From positions 96,001 through 160,000 of the forward strand of contig JAGVWE010000003.1 in assembly GCA_018304425.1 (NCBI GenBank): a stretch of 64,000 nucleotides of DNA, in the 5' to 3' direction. The translations under genes and the position numbers were made by a program. The notes under the pieces are model-generated. The model made no database searches and was not told the DNA's origin. It worked only from the letters and a program-made list of their open reading frames with translations. This DNA comes from Candidatus Iainarchaeum sp. (GTDB lineage: Archaea; Iainarchaeota; Iainarchaeia; Iainarchaeales; UBA10219). Shown piece by piece: positions 1 through 10,413 of the stretch. How positions within the stretch are numbered: the first letter of the stretch is position 1; each line of letters opens with the position of its first letter.

Positions 1-3000
1 CCGGAAAGCATGGCCAAGCCGTTCACGCAGGGGCTTGACGAGCCCACGGGGCAGGGAGTGATGAGGGGCAGCAACCGGCTTTGGAGGTTGCCGCGAACCA
101 CTGAGTAAAGGGAGAGGGACGACTGCTGGAGCTTGAGTTCTGCCAGGACATAGGCGTTGCCGCTGGACTGGGTTTCGGTGGCAAGAACGGTGGGCATGGA
201 AGTGAGTTGCCCGTTAAACAAGGGAAGGGCTCTATTCGAAGCGTCGACGAGTTGCAGCATGCATTGGGGGACGGCTGGCCGGGTCAGGCAATAGTCGATG
301 AACTTCACGGAATAGTGGCGGAGGCCGCGGGTGCCGAGGACATTTCCCTTCTGGGCAAAGGCGTCTTGGCTGGGGCAGGAGGCCTTGGTCAGCCCTTCCC
401 AGGGGGTGGCGCGCAGGCAGGCGTTGCCCTGCAGCTTGCAGTACAAGGCAGGCAAACCGTTTTCTTCGAGCAAGGCCCAGTCCACGGCGCCCGCGCAGTG
501 CAGGAGGGGTGCGGCTTGCAGGGGCACGCTTGGCTCCACGTAAAACGCCGTGACGCTGTTCAAGCCCGAGTTCCCGGGCATGGGCTGGGAGTAGGCAACC
601 AGGATGTTTTCGCGGCCTTCCCTGGCCAGCTGGTTTTTGGCGGGTTCCGCGCACTTCGCTCCCTGGATGCAGCTGCTGGGCTGGCCAAAGCAGTCGCTGC
701 AGGAACAGTTCTCGTTGACTTCGCATAGCTTGTTTTCATTGCAAGGCAGGCTTCCCTGGTTCGCGCCTGGGCAGGCCGTCGCGCACAAGCCGGTGGGGCA
801 GCGCGTGGTGCCGGGCGGGCAGTTGCTGTTGGTGGGCTGGTTGAGTTTTTCCTGGCAGGCCAGTGGGACTTCCATGGTTTGCTGGGTGCAGTCCACTTCG
901 AGGGGAATCAGGTAGCTTTGCACGCTGGCCGTGGGCGGCAGCCCGATCACGGGCGGCATGCCTCCGGGGAAGAGGAAGGAAGTCAGGAGGTTGACGAAGT
1001 TGTTGCCGCTGCATTCCGTGAAATCGTCCGCGCCGTTGAGGTTGTTGTCGTCCAAGCCGTTGTTGCAGGTGCCGACGAGGAAGGGCCGTGCAAGGAAGTT
1101 GCCCGCGGACTGGTTGAGTTGCACGAGCAGGAGCAGGAGGTCTCCTTGCTTGGCCTGGCTAGTGTCGAGGAAGGACTCGTAGGAAGGCGTGGAGCCCAGG
1201 GCCAGGGGAGTGGAACCCGGCGGGTCGAAGGCATTAGGGGGAACTGTCCAGGGGCTGGACTGGCCTGGATTGTCCGATGGCTGCCGGGAGTAGGGGGGCA
1301 CTGAACCGGCTGGGACCAGGATCCAGGCCGCGCCCGTGAAGGGCAGGACAAAGTGGGAGTCCAGGTAGTTGAAGGAATTCGGCGAGCGGAACAAGAGGGT
1401 GATGGCGGCCGGCAACTTCATGAACATATTCATGATGACGGGCATGGGCAGGCCAGAAAAACAGGAGTTGCCTGGCAGGGTGAGCTGGCCGAGGGCGCCT
1501 GCGTTCACCGTGGTGGGGCAGCTGATGCCCAACGGCTTGGCATCGATGAGGAAGGTGTTGGTCCAATAGGCTTGGGGGTTCGAGCAGCCCTGCACGGCCG
1601 GGCAGTCCGAGCAACCGCAGCCCTCGCCGTAATTGCAGGCGTTGTCGTAGTTGCAGTAAGCGGAAACGTTGAGGGGGTTGGCAATCGTGTTGAGTTGCAG
1701 GCGCACCCGGGTCCTGCCGCTGAACGCGGAATTCTGGGGGCAGATTTTGATGCCGGGCTGGAGGATGCTGGTGCCGCCCGGGGTGGGCAACTGCGTGTAC
1801 GTGGTTCCGGGGTTGGTGGGGCTTGAAATGAGGGGGCCCATGATGCGCAGCACTTTGTCGGTGGAGTCTGCGATGGAAATCTGTTGGAGCGAGAAATGGG
1901 GGCTGGTGAGGGAAGCAACCGGCGGCGTGTAAGAATAGGTGACGGTTATGCTTGCCGTCAGGGTGTAGGCCGGGATGGTTCCGCCGGGACCGATGGCGTT
2001 CGGGTTTCCAGAGCTTGGCAGGCTGGTTTGGGCTGGGACGGTGGCTGAAACCGTGACGGTGTTCTGGCCCGGGCTCAGCGAAACGTTCCGGGTCATGGAG
2101 CCGTTTCCTTGGCCGGTAACCTGCACCGAGTTGTTGACGGCCAGCGAGTAGGACAAGGGGCTGGGGGACGTGAGGGTGAATGCGATGGGAATCGTGGCCG
2201 TGGTGAAGGAGGCATTGTTTGCCGGGGAATTGATTACGAGGGTGGGGGTGGTGGGCGCATTGTACCAGATACGGTGCCAGCGGTAGGCCCAGGCTCCGTC
2301 CCGGGCCTTGGCGTACAAGCGGAGGATGTTCGAGCCCGGGTTCAGGCCGGAAATGGTTTTCTGGAACGAGCCGCGTCCATAGCCGGCGTAAAGCTGTTTT
2401 CCATTCAACTGAATGGTGTAGTAAAGGGGACTGGGCCGCGTGCGCAGGTCGTCAATGAAGAAGCTGGCGTTGATGACCGAACTGGTGAACCGTTGGTCGG
2501 GGTAGGGAGAGAGGATGGATGTGGTAACCCGGTTGGAGGTCATGGGTGGCGTGGGAAAGGAGGGAAGGGAGGGATTCGGGAAGGGCAGGGAGGACGGGGG
2601 CAGGTTGATGCCCTGGAGGTTCAGTACGAGGGGCTTGCCGCTTTTTTCCCTGCTGGCAAGGTGGCCGGAACCGCTGCCGGAGCCACTGGAGCTTCCTTCT
2701 TCGACTACTATGTAAACGGTGTCGGAAGCCGTTTTGTCCAAATAGGTGGCCTGGACCCGAATGGGAATGCTTCCGGTCTCGGTCAGGGCCAGGGGCACCT
2801 CAAAGCGCTGGCCGAACAAGGGCAGCTCACCCAGGAACTGGTCGTTGACGAACAATTGAATACTGGCTCGCCCGGCTTCCGCGCCTTCCACGGTTCCGGA
2901 TAGTTCAATGCCGGCCACGGGCGGGGAAGCGCCGTAGCCGTGGGAAGCGTTTTCCGCCACGAAGTTCTCGTAGTTGGCCGCGAGGACCAAACCGTCAGCG

Positions 3001-6000
3001 GGGGAAAGGATTTGGACGCGGAGCGGAACCGGCGGCGGTGACCTGGGCTGGTCATAGGTTACGTGGATGGTGTGGCTTGCCGCCAGCTGATCGGCGTTCA
3101 GGGCTTCCGCCGTGATTGTGTTTTCCCCGGGCACGAGGCCAACGGCGGCTGAAAAGGTCCCTGCCTGGTTCACGGCAAACGATTGAACGGGCTGGAAGTT
3201 CACGAAGAGGGTGAGGGAAACCGCGTTCGTGGCCTTGATGGATACCTGAGCCAGGTGGCTACCGGTCCGGGTTTTGTCGGCGGGCGCGACCAGGGTCACG
3301 GTGGGAGGTTCGACCGGCGGAGGCTGCTTGGTCCGTACTGGCTCATAGGTCACGGAGTAAATCGTGCTGCCCTTGTTTCCCCTGGCATCGCTTGCCTCAA
3401 ACCGGAAGGAGTTCAGGCCCTCGGACAGGCTCACGCCCACGGAAAAGTTTCCGGCCGCGTCCAAGGGCACGGAGGAGACTTGGTTGCTTCCCTTGAAGAC
3501 CTGCACGAGCGGGGGCTCGACTTTCACGTTGTCGGAAGCGTTTCCACTGATAAGAAAACTGGGTTCCGAGGTCCTGGTTTGCGTGGACGAGAAGAGAATG
3601 CGGGGTTTCTCCTCGTCAATGAAGGGGAGGAATGGCTGCGAGCGCGTGACCGCAACGGATTGGTATCCGGTGTTGCCGGCCTTATCCAGGGCTGCGACCG
3701 TGATGAGGTTGGAGCCCAGTAAGAGGGCTACGACGCCTGCAAAGGTTCCATTGGAAACCGCCACGGTGAGGGGTTGGCCGCCGTTCACCGTAATCCAGGC
3801 CGAGTCCCGGATTGAAACATTGTCCCTGACCTCGCCCGTGACTTCGATGGTGGCGGATTCCGTGGACGCATTGCTGGCCGGGCTCCGGATGAAGATGCTG
3901 GGGGGCAGGTCGTCAACGGGTTCCCAGGGTGGCTTGGGCCCCAATGGGTTTCTGGCCACCGTGAATTCCGTGACTGCCGCGTTTCCCGAGGCATCTGTGG
4001 CCGTGAGCTGGAATGCGTTGGAGCCCAACTGCAAGTTGCTCACCGTGTTGAAATGGCTGGTCGCGTCCAGGGCCAGCGGAGTTGGGCTGCCGCCGTTCAC
4101 GCGCAAGGAAAGGCCACCGAGGCCTTGGCCGAGGCTTCGGTTGTCGGTAACTTTTCCCTTGACTTCGATGGCGGTTTCCTGGGTGTGCAAGCCGTCCGCG
4201 GGGCTCGAGATCACGATGACAGGCGCTATGTTGTCGGCTTCGACGTAGAACACGGTCAAAGAAGTGGTTGCTGTGTTGCCGGCCAGGTCCCGGGCGCGCA
4301 CCGAGAGGAGGTTGGAGCCAGGCACCAGGGAAATCGGGAGCGAGGAAAATAGCGCGCCCTGGGGGATGAGGGAAAGCAGGGGACCGTTGTTCACGTTGTA
4401 CGCCAGAGAGGCGATGCCGACATTGTCGATGGCCGAGCCCCTCAATGTCGCTGTGGACGTGAGGAGGGTTTCCCCGTTCAAGGGGCTTGAAATGCTGACG
4501 ACCGGTGGTTGGTCATCCTCGCCTGGCGGGGGGGTAATGGACACGCGGTAGAAGGTAATCGTTGCATTGGATGTGTTGGCCAGGGAGTCCGCTACCGTCA
4601 TGCGCAGGGTGTGCTGTCCCTCGGAGAGGTTGGAGAGCGTGAAGGAAAAGGCCGGGGTCGGGGCCAGGACTTGTTGGACTCCATTGTCCAGGCTATAGCT
4701 GATGAAGGAGAGGCCGCTGGCATCACTGGCCGTGCCGGTCACGGTCAAAAACGAGCTGGTGAAGCTGGCGTTGTTTGCGGGTTGCGTAATCGCCAGGATG
4801 GGACCGTCCTTGTCAACGGGGGGCACAATGGCGGCTTCATAGGTTATGGAAAGCAGGCGCGTGGTCTTGTTGCCGGCCTCGTCCTGGGCTGCTAGGGAAA
4901 GGGTGTTGGGGCCCGGGGTCAAACCCATTACCATAACGCGGAAAGCGTTGTTGGTCACAGGGTACAGCGTGGACGCGCTTCCGTTCAAGGAAAGGCCGAT
5001 GGTGGTCATCGTTGAGCGGTCATCGGAAACGCTGCCGGCCACATTGACTTGGGACTGGGAAACAATGGCTCCATTGACCGGCTCGGCAACGGTCAATGCC
5101 GGGGCAACCGTGTCAGGTACGGCAAATGAAACGGAGAGGCTGTGGCTGGTGCGGTTGCCGGCCGCGTCCTGGACCATGAAGGAGAGGTTGTTGGTGCCGA
5201 CTGCGAGGCCGAAAACCTCGAAGTCGAAGGCATTGTTGGTAACCGGGTAAACCTGGGGCGGACCGTTGTTCAGCCGTGCTTCGACTGCCAGGGTTCCGGG
5301 CCGGTCATCCGAGGCATTGCCCTTGACCTGCACTTTGTTCGTGGACACGGTTTCCCGGTCAAGGGGCTGCGTGATTTCCAGGAAGGGGGCCACAATATCT
5401 TGTGGGGGCGTTGACACCGCGTCGCGGAAATAGGTTTGGGTGTTGCTTCCCTGGTTGCCCTGTGTGTCCAGGGCCATCACTTCCACGGCATAGGCTCCCA
5501 CGGTGGGCATCAGCAGGGGAAATGAAAAAGTTGCCGACACCGGCAGGTTTTGCAGGGTGCCCCCGTTCACGCGGAAGGCAAGGGAAGCAAGGCCGCTGGA
5601 ATCACTAGCCGTGCCAGCAATGGGCAGGGACGCGTTGGTTGTCCGGAAGCCGTTGGGTGGAGTGGTGAACGTGATTTCGGGGGCAAGGGTATCGGGCTTG
5701 GCATAGGTTACGGTCAAGGCAGCGGTGCCGGTGTTGTTGGCTGCGTCCTTGGCCCTCACGACCAGGGCGTTAAGCCCTTCTGCCAGGGCGAGGTTCGCGG
5801 AAAATGCGCCAGTGACTGGGTTGAAGGCGATGCTGGTCTGGGGGCCGTTGTTCAAGGAATAGGTCATGACCGATAGGCCCCTGTTGTCCGTTGCAACGCC
5901 GGCCAGGGGGATGAAGGGAGTGGAAACCGTGTCCAGGTTTTTGGGCGTTGAAATGCTGATGACCGGGGCTTGCTCGTCGGGAGGGGGAGGCGTGGGCAGG

Positions 6001-7565
6001 AATTGCACGCGGGTAATCGTCACCTGGTTGGATTGCCCGGTGTTTCCAGCCGCGTCCACGGCGGTGGCCAGAACCTGGTTGGCGCCCAGGGCCAGGTTGA
6101 CGGAGGCGGAAAACAATCCACCGTTTACCGGAACCGGTGCCTGGGCCACGCCGTTTACTTTGGGGGTAATGGAGGCAAGGACGGAAACATTGTCGGTTGC
6201 GGTTCCTTGTATGCCCATCGAGTCCGTGGAAACCGTGGGGTTGCCAGTGGGCGAGGTGATGGCAAGGGTGGGCGGCAGATTGTCCAGGGGCGTGTAGGTG
6301 ATAGTGGCCGTGAACCTTCCCTCGTTGCCTGCAGCGTCCAGCGCGGTGAGGGTCAGGGTGTTGGAACCAGGGGCAAGGTTGACTTCAAAGCCGAAGCTTC
6401 CATCCACTTGGTTGACAGCGCGGTTGAAGGAATAGGATAGCGCCCCGCTGACGGCCACGTTGACGTTCGAGGGCTTGGAGGCATTGTCTTGGACCGTGCC
6501 GGTGAGGGTGAGGGGCGTGGTGGTCGTGGCGGCTGGCGCGGTCAAGCTGATGACGGGGGGCAGGGTATCGTTTGGAGGTGGAGGGCTTGAATCCTGCTTG
6601 GTGAGGGTAAGGAGGATGACTGGGCTGGCGTTCCCGCTGGAGTCCATGGCCCAGAGCTGGAGGGCATTGGTTCCGTTGACGAGGCCGCTGACCGCAAACG
6701 AATAGGCTCCGGCGCTGATGGGCACGCTGACTTCGGGGCCCGCGTTGAGTTTGTACTGGATGGCGGCAAGGGCTACATTGTCGGTGGCGGTGCCGGCAAC
6801 CATTACCGTTGCCGTGGAAATCACGGAGTTGTCGGCTGGGCTGGAGACCGTGAACTGGGGGGGAATGTCGTCGGCGTGGGTGAGGTGGAGGACGGCCATT
6901 CCCATGTTGTTGGCTGCGTCCTTGGCCGTGACGGTAATGGTATTGGGCCCGAAGGCGAGGGTAACCGGGAAGCCAAAAGAGCCATTGGAGGCCGTGGCGG
7001 GAAAGTTCTGGCCTGCGCTGGTGGAAACGGTTAGGAGGGTGATGGGTCCGGCGTTGTCTGAAACCGTGCCCGTGACCATCACCTGAGAAGTGCGGAGGAC
7101 CGCGTTTTCAAAGGGGCTGGTGAAGTCGATGACCGGGGGAAGGGTGTCTGTGGTCGGAACCTGCAGGGTGAGGGTGTGCGTGGCCGTGGAGGTTGCATTG
7201 CGGCTGTCCCTGGCCGTGAAGGAAAAGGTGTTGGTGCCTGCCTGCAGGAAAAAGGGGTAGGAAAAAACCGGGCTGTCGATGGGGTATTGGCTGGGCTGGG
7301 TGGGTTGGCCGTTGCGGTTGACCAAGAGGGTGCCGGGAAAGGCAAAGGATGCAGGTGGGTTGATTTCAAAGTCGACGAGCTGGGGGGAACTGGTTGCGGC
7401 AGAGTTGTTGGGCGGGTTGGTCACGACGAGCGTGAATTCCGGGAGGGGCTGGATTTGGAAATAGAGCTTGCCGGGCTTGTACTGGGGGGCGGCGTAGGCC
7501 GCGGAAGACAGGAGTAACACCGCTGCCAAGAAGCAGACTAGGCCCCTGCCTGTCCATGCGTTCAT
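1..7565 (-). CDS. Giant secreted surface protein/adhesin with tandem Ig-like repeats and a Cys-rich C-terminal region (partial, >2520 aa, runs off the left edge)
   Basis: ATG at 7565 gives MNAWTGRGLVCFLAAVLLLSSAAYA (signal peptide). About 15 repeats of ~95-105 aa begin D-x-x-(A/P)-P-x-I-x-I-x-S-P and carry (A/V)-x-D-x-A-G-N. The same frame still reads as protein at position 3 (...TPCPVGSSSPCVNGLAMLS). Absent from the ORF track, consistent with no stop in the window. Confidence 0.88.
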   Translation of the reverse strand, partial: MNAWTGRGLVCFLAAVLLLSSAAYAAPQYKPGKLYFQIQPLPEFTLVVTNPPNNSAATSSPQLVDFEINPPASFAFPGTLLVNRNGQPTQPSQYPIDSPVFSYPFFLQAGTNTFSFTARDSRNATSTATHTLTLQVPTTDTLPPVIDFTSPFENAVLRTSQVMVTGTVSDNAGPITLLTVSTSAGQNFPATASNGSFGFPVTLAFGPNTITVTAKDAANNMGMAVLHLTHADDIPPQFTVSSPADNSVISTATVMVAGTATDNVALAAIQYKLNAGPEVSVPISAGAYSFAVSGLVNGTNALQLWAMDSSGNASPVILLTLTKQDSSPPPPNDTLPPVISLTAPAATTTTPLTLTGTVQDNASKPSNVNVAVSGALSYSFNRAVNQVDGSFGFEVNLAPGSNTLTLTALDAAGNEGRFTATITYTPLDNLPPTLAITSPTGNPTVSTDSMGIQGTATDNVSVLASITPKVNGVAQAPVPVNGGLFSASVNLALGANQVLATAVDAAGNTGQSNQVTITRVQFLPTPPPPDEQAPVISISTPKNLDTVSTPFIPLAGVATDNRGLSVMTYSLNNGPQTSIAFNPVTGAFSANLALAEGLNALVVRAKDAANNTGTAALTVTYAKPDTLAPEITFTTPPNGFRTTNASLPIAGTASDSSGLASLAFRVNGGTLQNLPVSATFSFPLLMPTVGAYAVEVMALDTQGNQGSNTQTYFRDAVSTPPQDIVAPFLEITQPLDRETVSTNKVQVKGNASDDRPGTLAVEARLNNGPPQVYPVTNNAFDFEVFGLAVGTNNLSFMVQDAAGNRTSHSLSVSFAVPDTVAPALTVAEPVNGAIVSQSQVNVAGSVSDDRSTMTTIGLSLNGSASTLYPVTNNAFRVMVMGLTPGPNTLSLAAQDEAGNKTTRLLSITYEAAIVPPVDKDGPILAITQPANNASFTSSFLTVTGTASDASGLSFISYSLDNGVQQVLAPTPAFSFTLSNLSEGQHTLRMTVADSLANTSNATITFYRVSITPPPGEDDQPPVVSISSPLNGETLLTSTATLRGSAIDNVGIASLAYNVNNGPLLSLIPQGALFSSLPISLVPGSNLLSVRARDLAGNTATTSLTVFYVEADNIAPVIVISSPADGLHTQETAIEVKGKVTDNRSLGQGLGGLSLRVNGGSPTPLALDATSHFNTVSNLQLGSNAFQLTATDASGNAAVTEFTVARNPLGPKPPWEPVDDLPPSIFIRSPASNASTESATIEVTGEVRDNVSIRDSAWITVNGGQPLTVAVSNGTFAGVVALLLGSNLITVAALDKAGNTGYQSVAVTRSQPFLPFIDEEKPRILFSSTQTRTSEPSFLISGNASDNVKVEPPLVQVFKGSNQVSSVPLDAAGNFSVGVSLSEGLNSFRFEASDARGNKGSTIYSVTYEPVRTKQPPPVEPPTVTLVAPADKTRTGSHLAQVSIKATNAVSLTLFVNFQPVQSFAVNQAGTFSAAVGLVPGENTITAEALNADQLAASHTIHVTYDQPRSPPPVPLRVQILSPADGLVLAANYENFVAENASHGYGASPPVAGIELSGTVEGAEAGRASIQLFVNDQFLGELPLFGQRFEVPLALTETGSIPIRVQATYLDKTASDTVYIVVEEGSSSGSGSGSGHLASREKSGKPLVLNLQGINLPPSSLPFPNPSLPSFPTPPMTSNRVTTSILSPYPDQRFTSSVINASFFIDDLRTRPSPLYYTIQLNGKQLYAGYGRGSFQKTISGLNPGSNILRLYAKARDGAWAYRWHRIWYNAPTTPTLVINSPANNASFTTATIPIAFTLTSPSPLSYSLAVNNSVQVTGQGNGSMTRNVSLSPGQNTVTVSATVPAQTSLPSSGNPNAIGPGGTIPAYTLTASITVTYSYTPPVASLTSPHFSLQQISIADSTDKVLRIMGPLISSPTNPGTTYTQLPTPGGTSILQPGIKICPQNSAFSGRTRVRLQLNTIANPLNVSAYCNYDNACNYGEGCGCSDCPAVQGCSNPQAYWTNTFLIDAKPLGISCPTTVNAGALGQLTLPGNSCFSGLPMPVIMNMFMKLPAAITLLFRSPNSFNYLDSHFVLPFTGAAWILVPAGSVPPYSRQPSDNPGQSSPWTVPPNAFDPPGSTPLALGSTPSYESFLDTSQAKQGDLLLLLVQLNQSAGNFLARPFLVGTCNNGLDDNNLNGADDFTECSGNNFVNLLTSFLFPGGMPPVIGLPPTASVQSYLIPLEVDCTQQTMEVPLACQEKLNQPTNSNCPPGTTRCPTGLCATACPGANQGSLPCNENKLCEVNENCSCSDCFGQPSSCIQGAKCAEPAKNQLAREGRENILVAYSQPMPGNSGLNSVTAFYVEPSVPLQAAPLLHCAGAVDWALLEENGLPALYCKLQGNACLRATPWEGLTKASCPSQDAFAQKGNVLGTRGLRHYSVKFIDYCLTRPAVPQCMLQLVDASNRALPLFNGQLTSMPTVLATETQSSGNAYVLAELKLQQSSLSLYSVVRGNLQSRLLPLITPCPVGSSSPCVNGLAMLS

Positions 7566-7695
7566 GATTAACCCTTACCCCGTAAATTGCTATTAAATAA
7601 TTCATTATGCCAATATAAATGGATTGCCTTGGCTGGACGGCGTCTCCTGGAAGGCTTTTATATTTAATGTTATATAAGCTTCTAAAGGCGCGGGC

Positions 7696-7965
7696 ATGAA
7701 AATGAAGCAGTACAACCTGGTCATTGATGAGAAACTGATCGACGAAGTGGACCGCTTCATCCGGAAGCGGGGATTGTTCCACTCGCGCTCGGACTTCATC
7801 CGGGACGCCATCCGGTCGCGGCTCATCGAAATCAAGAAAGTCGTCTTCGAAGAAGAGGCCGCGGCCAGGCACGAACACGACCACCCGGACGAGGAAACCA
7901 GCAAGGAAGCCATGGAAGCCCTCCTCAAGGCCCACGACGAGAAGAAGTTCACGGGCGTGCACTAG
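7696..7965 (+). CDS. Ribbon-helix-helix (CopG/NikR-like) DNA-binding protein
   Basis: YNLVIDEKLIDEVDRFIRKRGLFHSRSDFIRDAIR is a typical RHH signature; divergent from the giant surface gene across an AT-rich promoter region. Confidence 0.8.
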   Translation: MKMKQYNLVIDEKLIDEVDRFIRKRGLFHSRSDFIRDAIRSRLIEIKKVVFEEEAAARHEHDHPDEETSKEAMEALLKAHDEKKFTGVH

Positions 7966-7993
7966 CGTGCACTAGCGTGCACGAGGTGCACGA
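7955..7993. repeat. Short tandem repeat with four GTGCAC palindromes
   Basis: GCGTGCACTA GCGTGCACTA GCGTGCACGA GGTGCACGA, overlapping the RHH stop codon. Confidence 0.85.
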
Positions 7994-8060
7994 CCCACGG
8001 ACGCGCAGGGCATAAATCCGCTTTATTAATTCTTTTATGCACCTTATTTCAGGGGATGGA

Positions 8061-8828
8061 ATGGCAGCAATCGGCTCTTCGAATGGCAGGTTCGCACTGG
8101 TCTTGTCCGAAAAGGAGTTCAACGAGCTGGGTTTCGAGCCCAACCACGAGTTCGAGGTCGTGAAGGCCAAGCCCGGTTTGTGGGTGGTGGTGGACAAGGG
8201 CGTGAAGCCCGTGGACGCTCTTGACCGGGAAACGGCCGAACTGGAGAAAAAAATCGGCGGACTACTGCGTGGAAAGGGCTTGAGCGAGCGCGTGGAAGGC
8301 AAGTTCGAGAAGTACTTGAACAACAAGGAACTCGCGCACTTCCAGAAAATGCTGAAAGAAAAGAAAATCATCCTGTTCAAGCTCAACGAGAGCTACAAGC
8401 ACGGCGTCTACAAGCTGCCCGAAGAAATCGAGGCCCGGAAAAGCCCTTCCGCCCCGCAGGCCCCGGCGGACCCCGCGGCCGAGAAAAAACCCGAAGACTA
8501 TTCCCTGGAAACAGACGGCTTCGCGGTGCTGCGGAACGAGGGCGAGGCCCGGAAGGCCTCCGAGGGCCTGCGCGACCAGATAAGGGCGGGAACCATCAAG
8601 GGCTTGAAGTCCTTTGAAGGCGATTACTTCCTGGTGCGGGTCGAGGCCCTGGCAAAGCACCGAAAGCGGTTGCTCGACTACCTGGCGACCAAGAAGCTGA
8701 CCGGCATCGAGAACGCGGCAAAAGACTTAAATATGTCCAAGACCCTTATCAGGGTGGTGGCCGAGTTCCTCAAAGAGGACGGCGAGATAGCCGAGAAGCG
8801 AAAGGGCTTGTACCAGCTCATCACGTGA
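8061..8828 (+). CDS. Hypothetical protein, possible N-terminal AbrB-like and C-terminal winged-helix domains
   Basis: Long ORF with host-like codon usage; C-terminal IENAAKDLNMSKTLIRVVAEFLKEDGEIAEKRKGLY looks like a wHTH. Confidence 0.6.
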   Translation: MAAIGSSNGRFALVLSEKEFNELGFEPNHEFEVVKAKPGLWVVVDKGVKPVDALDRETAELEKKIGGLLRGKGLSERVEGKFEKYLNNKELAHFQKMLKEKKIILFKLNESYKHGVYKLPEEIEARKSPSAPQAPADPAAEKKPEDYSLETDGFAVLRNEGEARKASEGLRDQIRAGTIKGLKSFEGDYFLVRVEALAKHRKRLLDYLATKKLTGIENAAKDLNMSKTLIRVVAEFLKEDGEIAEKRKGLYQLIT

Positions 8829-8833
8829 CCTCC

Positions 8834-9202
8834 ATGAAAGTCTTGATTCCCCTGCTGTCCAAGCAAGAGGATTCCCCTGAATTCGTCGAGAAAGCCACGA
8901 AGGGCGCGCTCGAAGTGTTCCTGGTGCTGGTCATCGACCCCTCGGACCTGGCCGGCGAGTTCGGCTTCGCCGCCCACGAAATCTCGAAGGGCAACAAGAT
9001 GATGGGCCTCGTCACCGAGTTGATTGGCCCCGAGAAAGCCGTGCACCAAATCGTGGAATGGGGCGAGACCCTCAGCAAAATCGAGAACCTCTACAAGCTC
9101 AAGGAAGCCGACGAAATCTGCTTGAAAAAACAGGACAACTACTGGTTCCAGGACATCGTCAAGAAACTCAAGGAAAAAGACTTGAAAGTGAAGGTCATCT
9201 GA
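8834..9202 (+). CDS. Universal stress protein-like (UspA fold) protein
   Basis: MKVLIPL start, VFLVLVID strand, WGETLSKI...EADEI pattern. Confidence 0.5.
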   Translation: MKVLIPLLSKQEDSPEFVEKATKGALEVFLVLVIDPSDLAGEFGFAAHEISKGNKMMGLVTELIGPEKAVHQIVEWGETLSKIENLYKLKEADEICLKKQDNYWFQDIVKKLKEKDLKVKVI

Positions 9203-9214
9203 CGCTTACCGTTT

Positions 9215-10360
9215 CTATTTCTTTCCCGGCGCCCACAGGAACTTTTCCGGCTGGGCGCGCTGCCTCGCCGCCTGGTGCTTGGCCAGGAACGCGGTCAGCT
9301 TCTCGATGAGGATGGCCTTGAGTTCCCCGCTCAGCAGCTTGCCCGACTTGTAGTCGCGGTAGATGCGCTCGAGCTTCGCGTCGTCTTCCTCGAAGAACAG
9401 CAGCCACTGGTAGCTTACGTCAACGTCGGGGTTCCCGCCCAGGCGCCGGTGCGCTTCCACGGTTTCCCTGCCGCCGGAAAACGCGTACTTGTTTATCTTC
9501 TGCTTCACGGCCTTCGCGTCATCCGTGGTGTAAATGGTTGCCTGGTCGCCGCTCGTGCTGGACATCTTGCCGTCCTTCTCCATCCCCGCCAGACCCGGAA
9601 GGAAACGGCACTGAATCGACGCGGGCTTCGGATAACCCAGCCTGGGAATCACGTCCCTCGAAACCCGGAAATGCGGGTCCTGGTCGATGGCGTGGGGAAT
9701 CAGGCAAGGCAGGGGCTTCTTTCGCAGGACGCTGGGCAGGAAAGCCGGCACGGCCTGCATCGCCGTGTAAAAGATGGCGCCGATGTTCTGCTCATTAGAG
9801 AAGCCGAAGGCGGCCTTGGCGGTGGAAAACGTAATGCGCTTCGCCACCTTGATGGCCTCCGGAAACATCACGCCCGCGTGCCGCGTGTCGACGAGGAAAT
9901 GCGTTTTCTTTGGGTCGAAGCCCAACGCGATGACGTCCTTCATGTTCTCCTCGGTGTAGCGAGCGGTTTCCTCCAGCGTGAGCTCCTCCTTGAACAAGAA
10001 CTTCTCCTCGTCCGGGAACTGGAACCACAACTCCACGTCGAAGACGTCCTGCAACCACTTGGTGAAGAGCCAGGGCACCAGGTGACCCAAATGGGTGTTG
10101 CCGGACGGCGCGCGGCCCGTGTACAAGAAGAACCGGTTGCCCTTCTCGTATTCGTCGAGGATGAATTTCAGGTCCCGGTGGGCGAAGAATATATGCCGCC
10201 GGAGCAGGTGATGCAGAACCAGGCCCTTCTTCTTGGCGTGCTTTTCCAGGCGCGCCAGCAGCGCGGAATCGATTTTCTCGACGCCGAACTCCTGGACGAT
10301 CTTGTCGTAGTCGATGGTGCCCTTTACTTCCCAGGGCGTGAGGGTCATCCCGGCAACCAT
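9215..10360 (-). CDS. trpS: Tryptophan--tRNA ligase (archaeal/eukaryotic type)
   Basis: TPWEV, YTGRAPS, HLGH (HIGH), IDQDPHFR, KMSST, AFSGG motifs. Confidence 0.97.
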   Translation of the reverse strand: MVAGMTLTPWEVKGTIDYDKIVQEFGVEKIDSALLARLEKHAKKKGLVLHHLLRRHIFFAHRDLKFILDEYEKGNRFFLYTGRAPSGNTHLGHLVPWLFTKWLQDVFDVELWFQFPDEEKFLFKEELTLEETARYTEENMKDVIALGFDPKKTHFLVDTRHAGVMFPEAIKVAKRITFSTAKAAFGFSNEQNIGAIFYTAMQAVPAFLPSVLRKKPLPCLIPHAIDQDPHFRVSRDVIPRLGYPKPASIQCRFLPGLAGMEKDGKMSSTSGDQATIYTTDDAKAVKQKINKYAFSGGRETVEAHRRLGGNPDVDVSYQWLLFFEEDDAKLERIYRDYKSGKLLSGELKAILIEKLTAFLAKHQAARQRAQPEKFLWAPGKK

Positions 10361-10413
10361 AGCCAAGAACAGGGGTTAAACGGTTTATATTGCTTTCGGG
10401 GGGCAGTAACTGC

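Noticed and set aside
207-7517. Many plus-strand ORFs in the track (e.g. 2109..2903, 3364..4248)
   Set aside because: Antisense shadows of the giant minus-strand gene; no recognisable protein features
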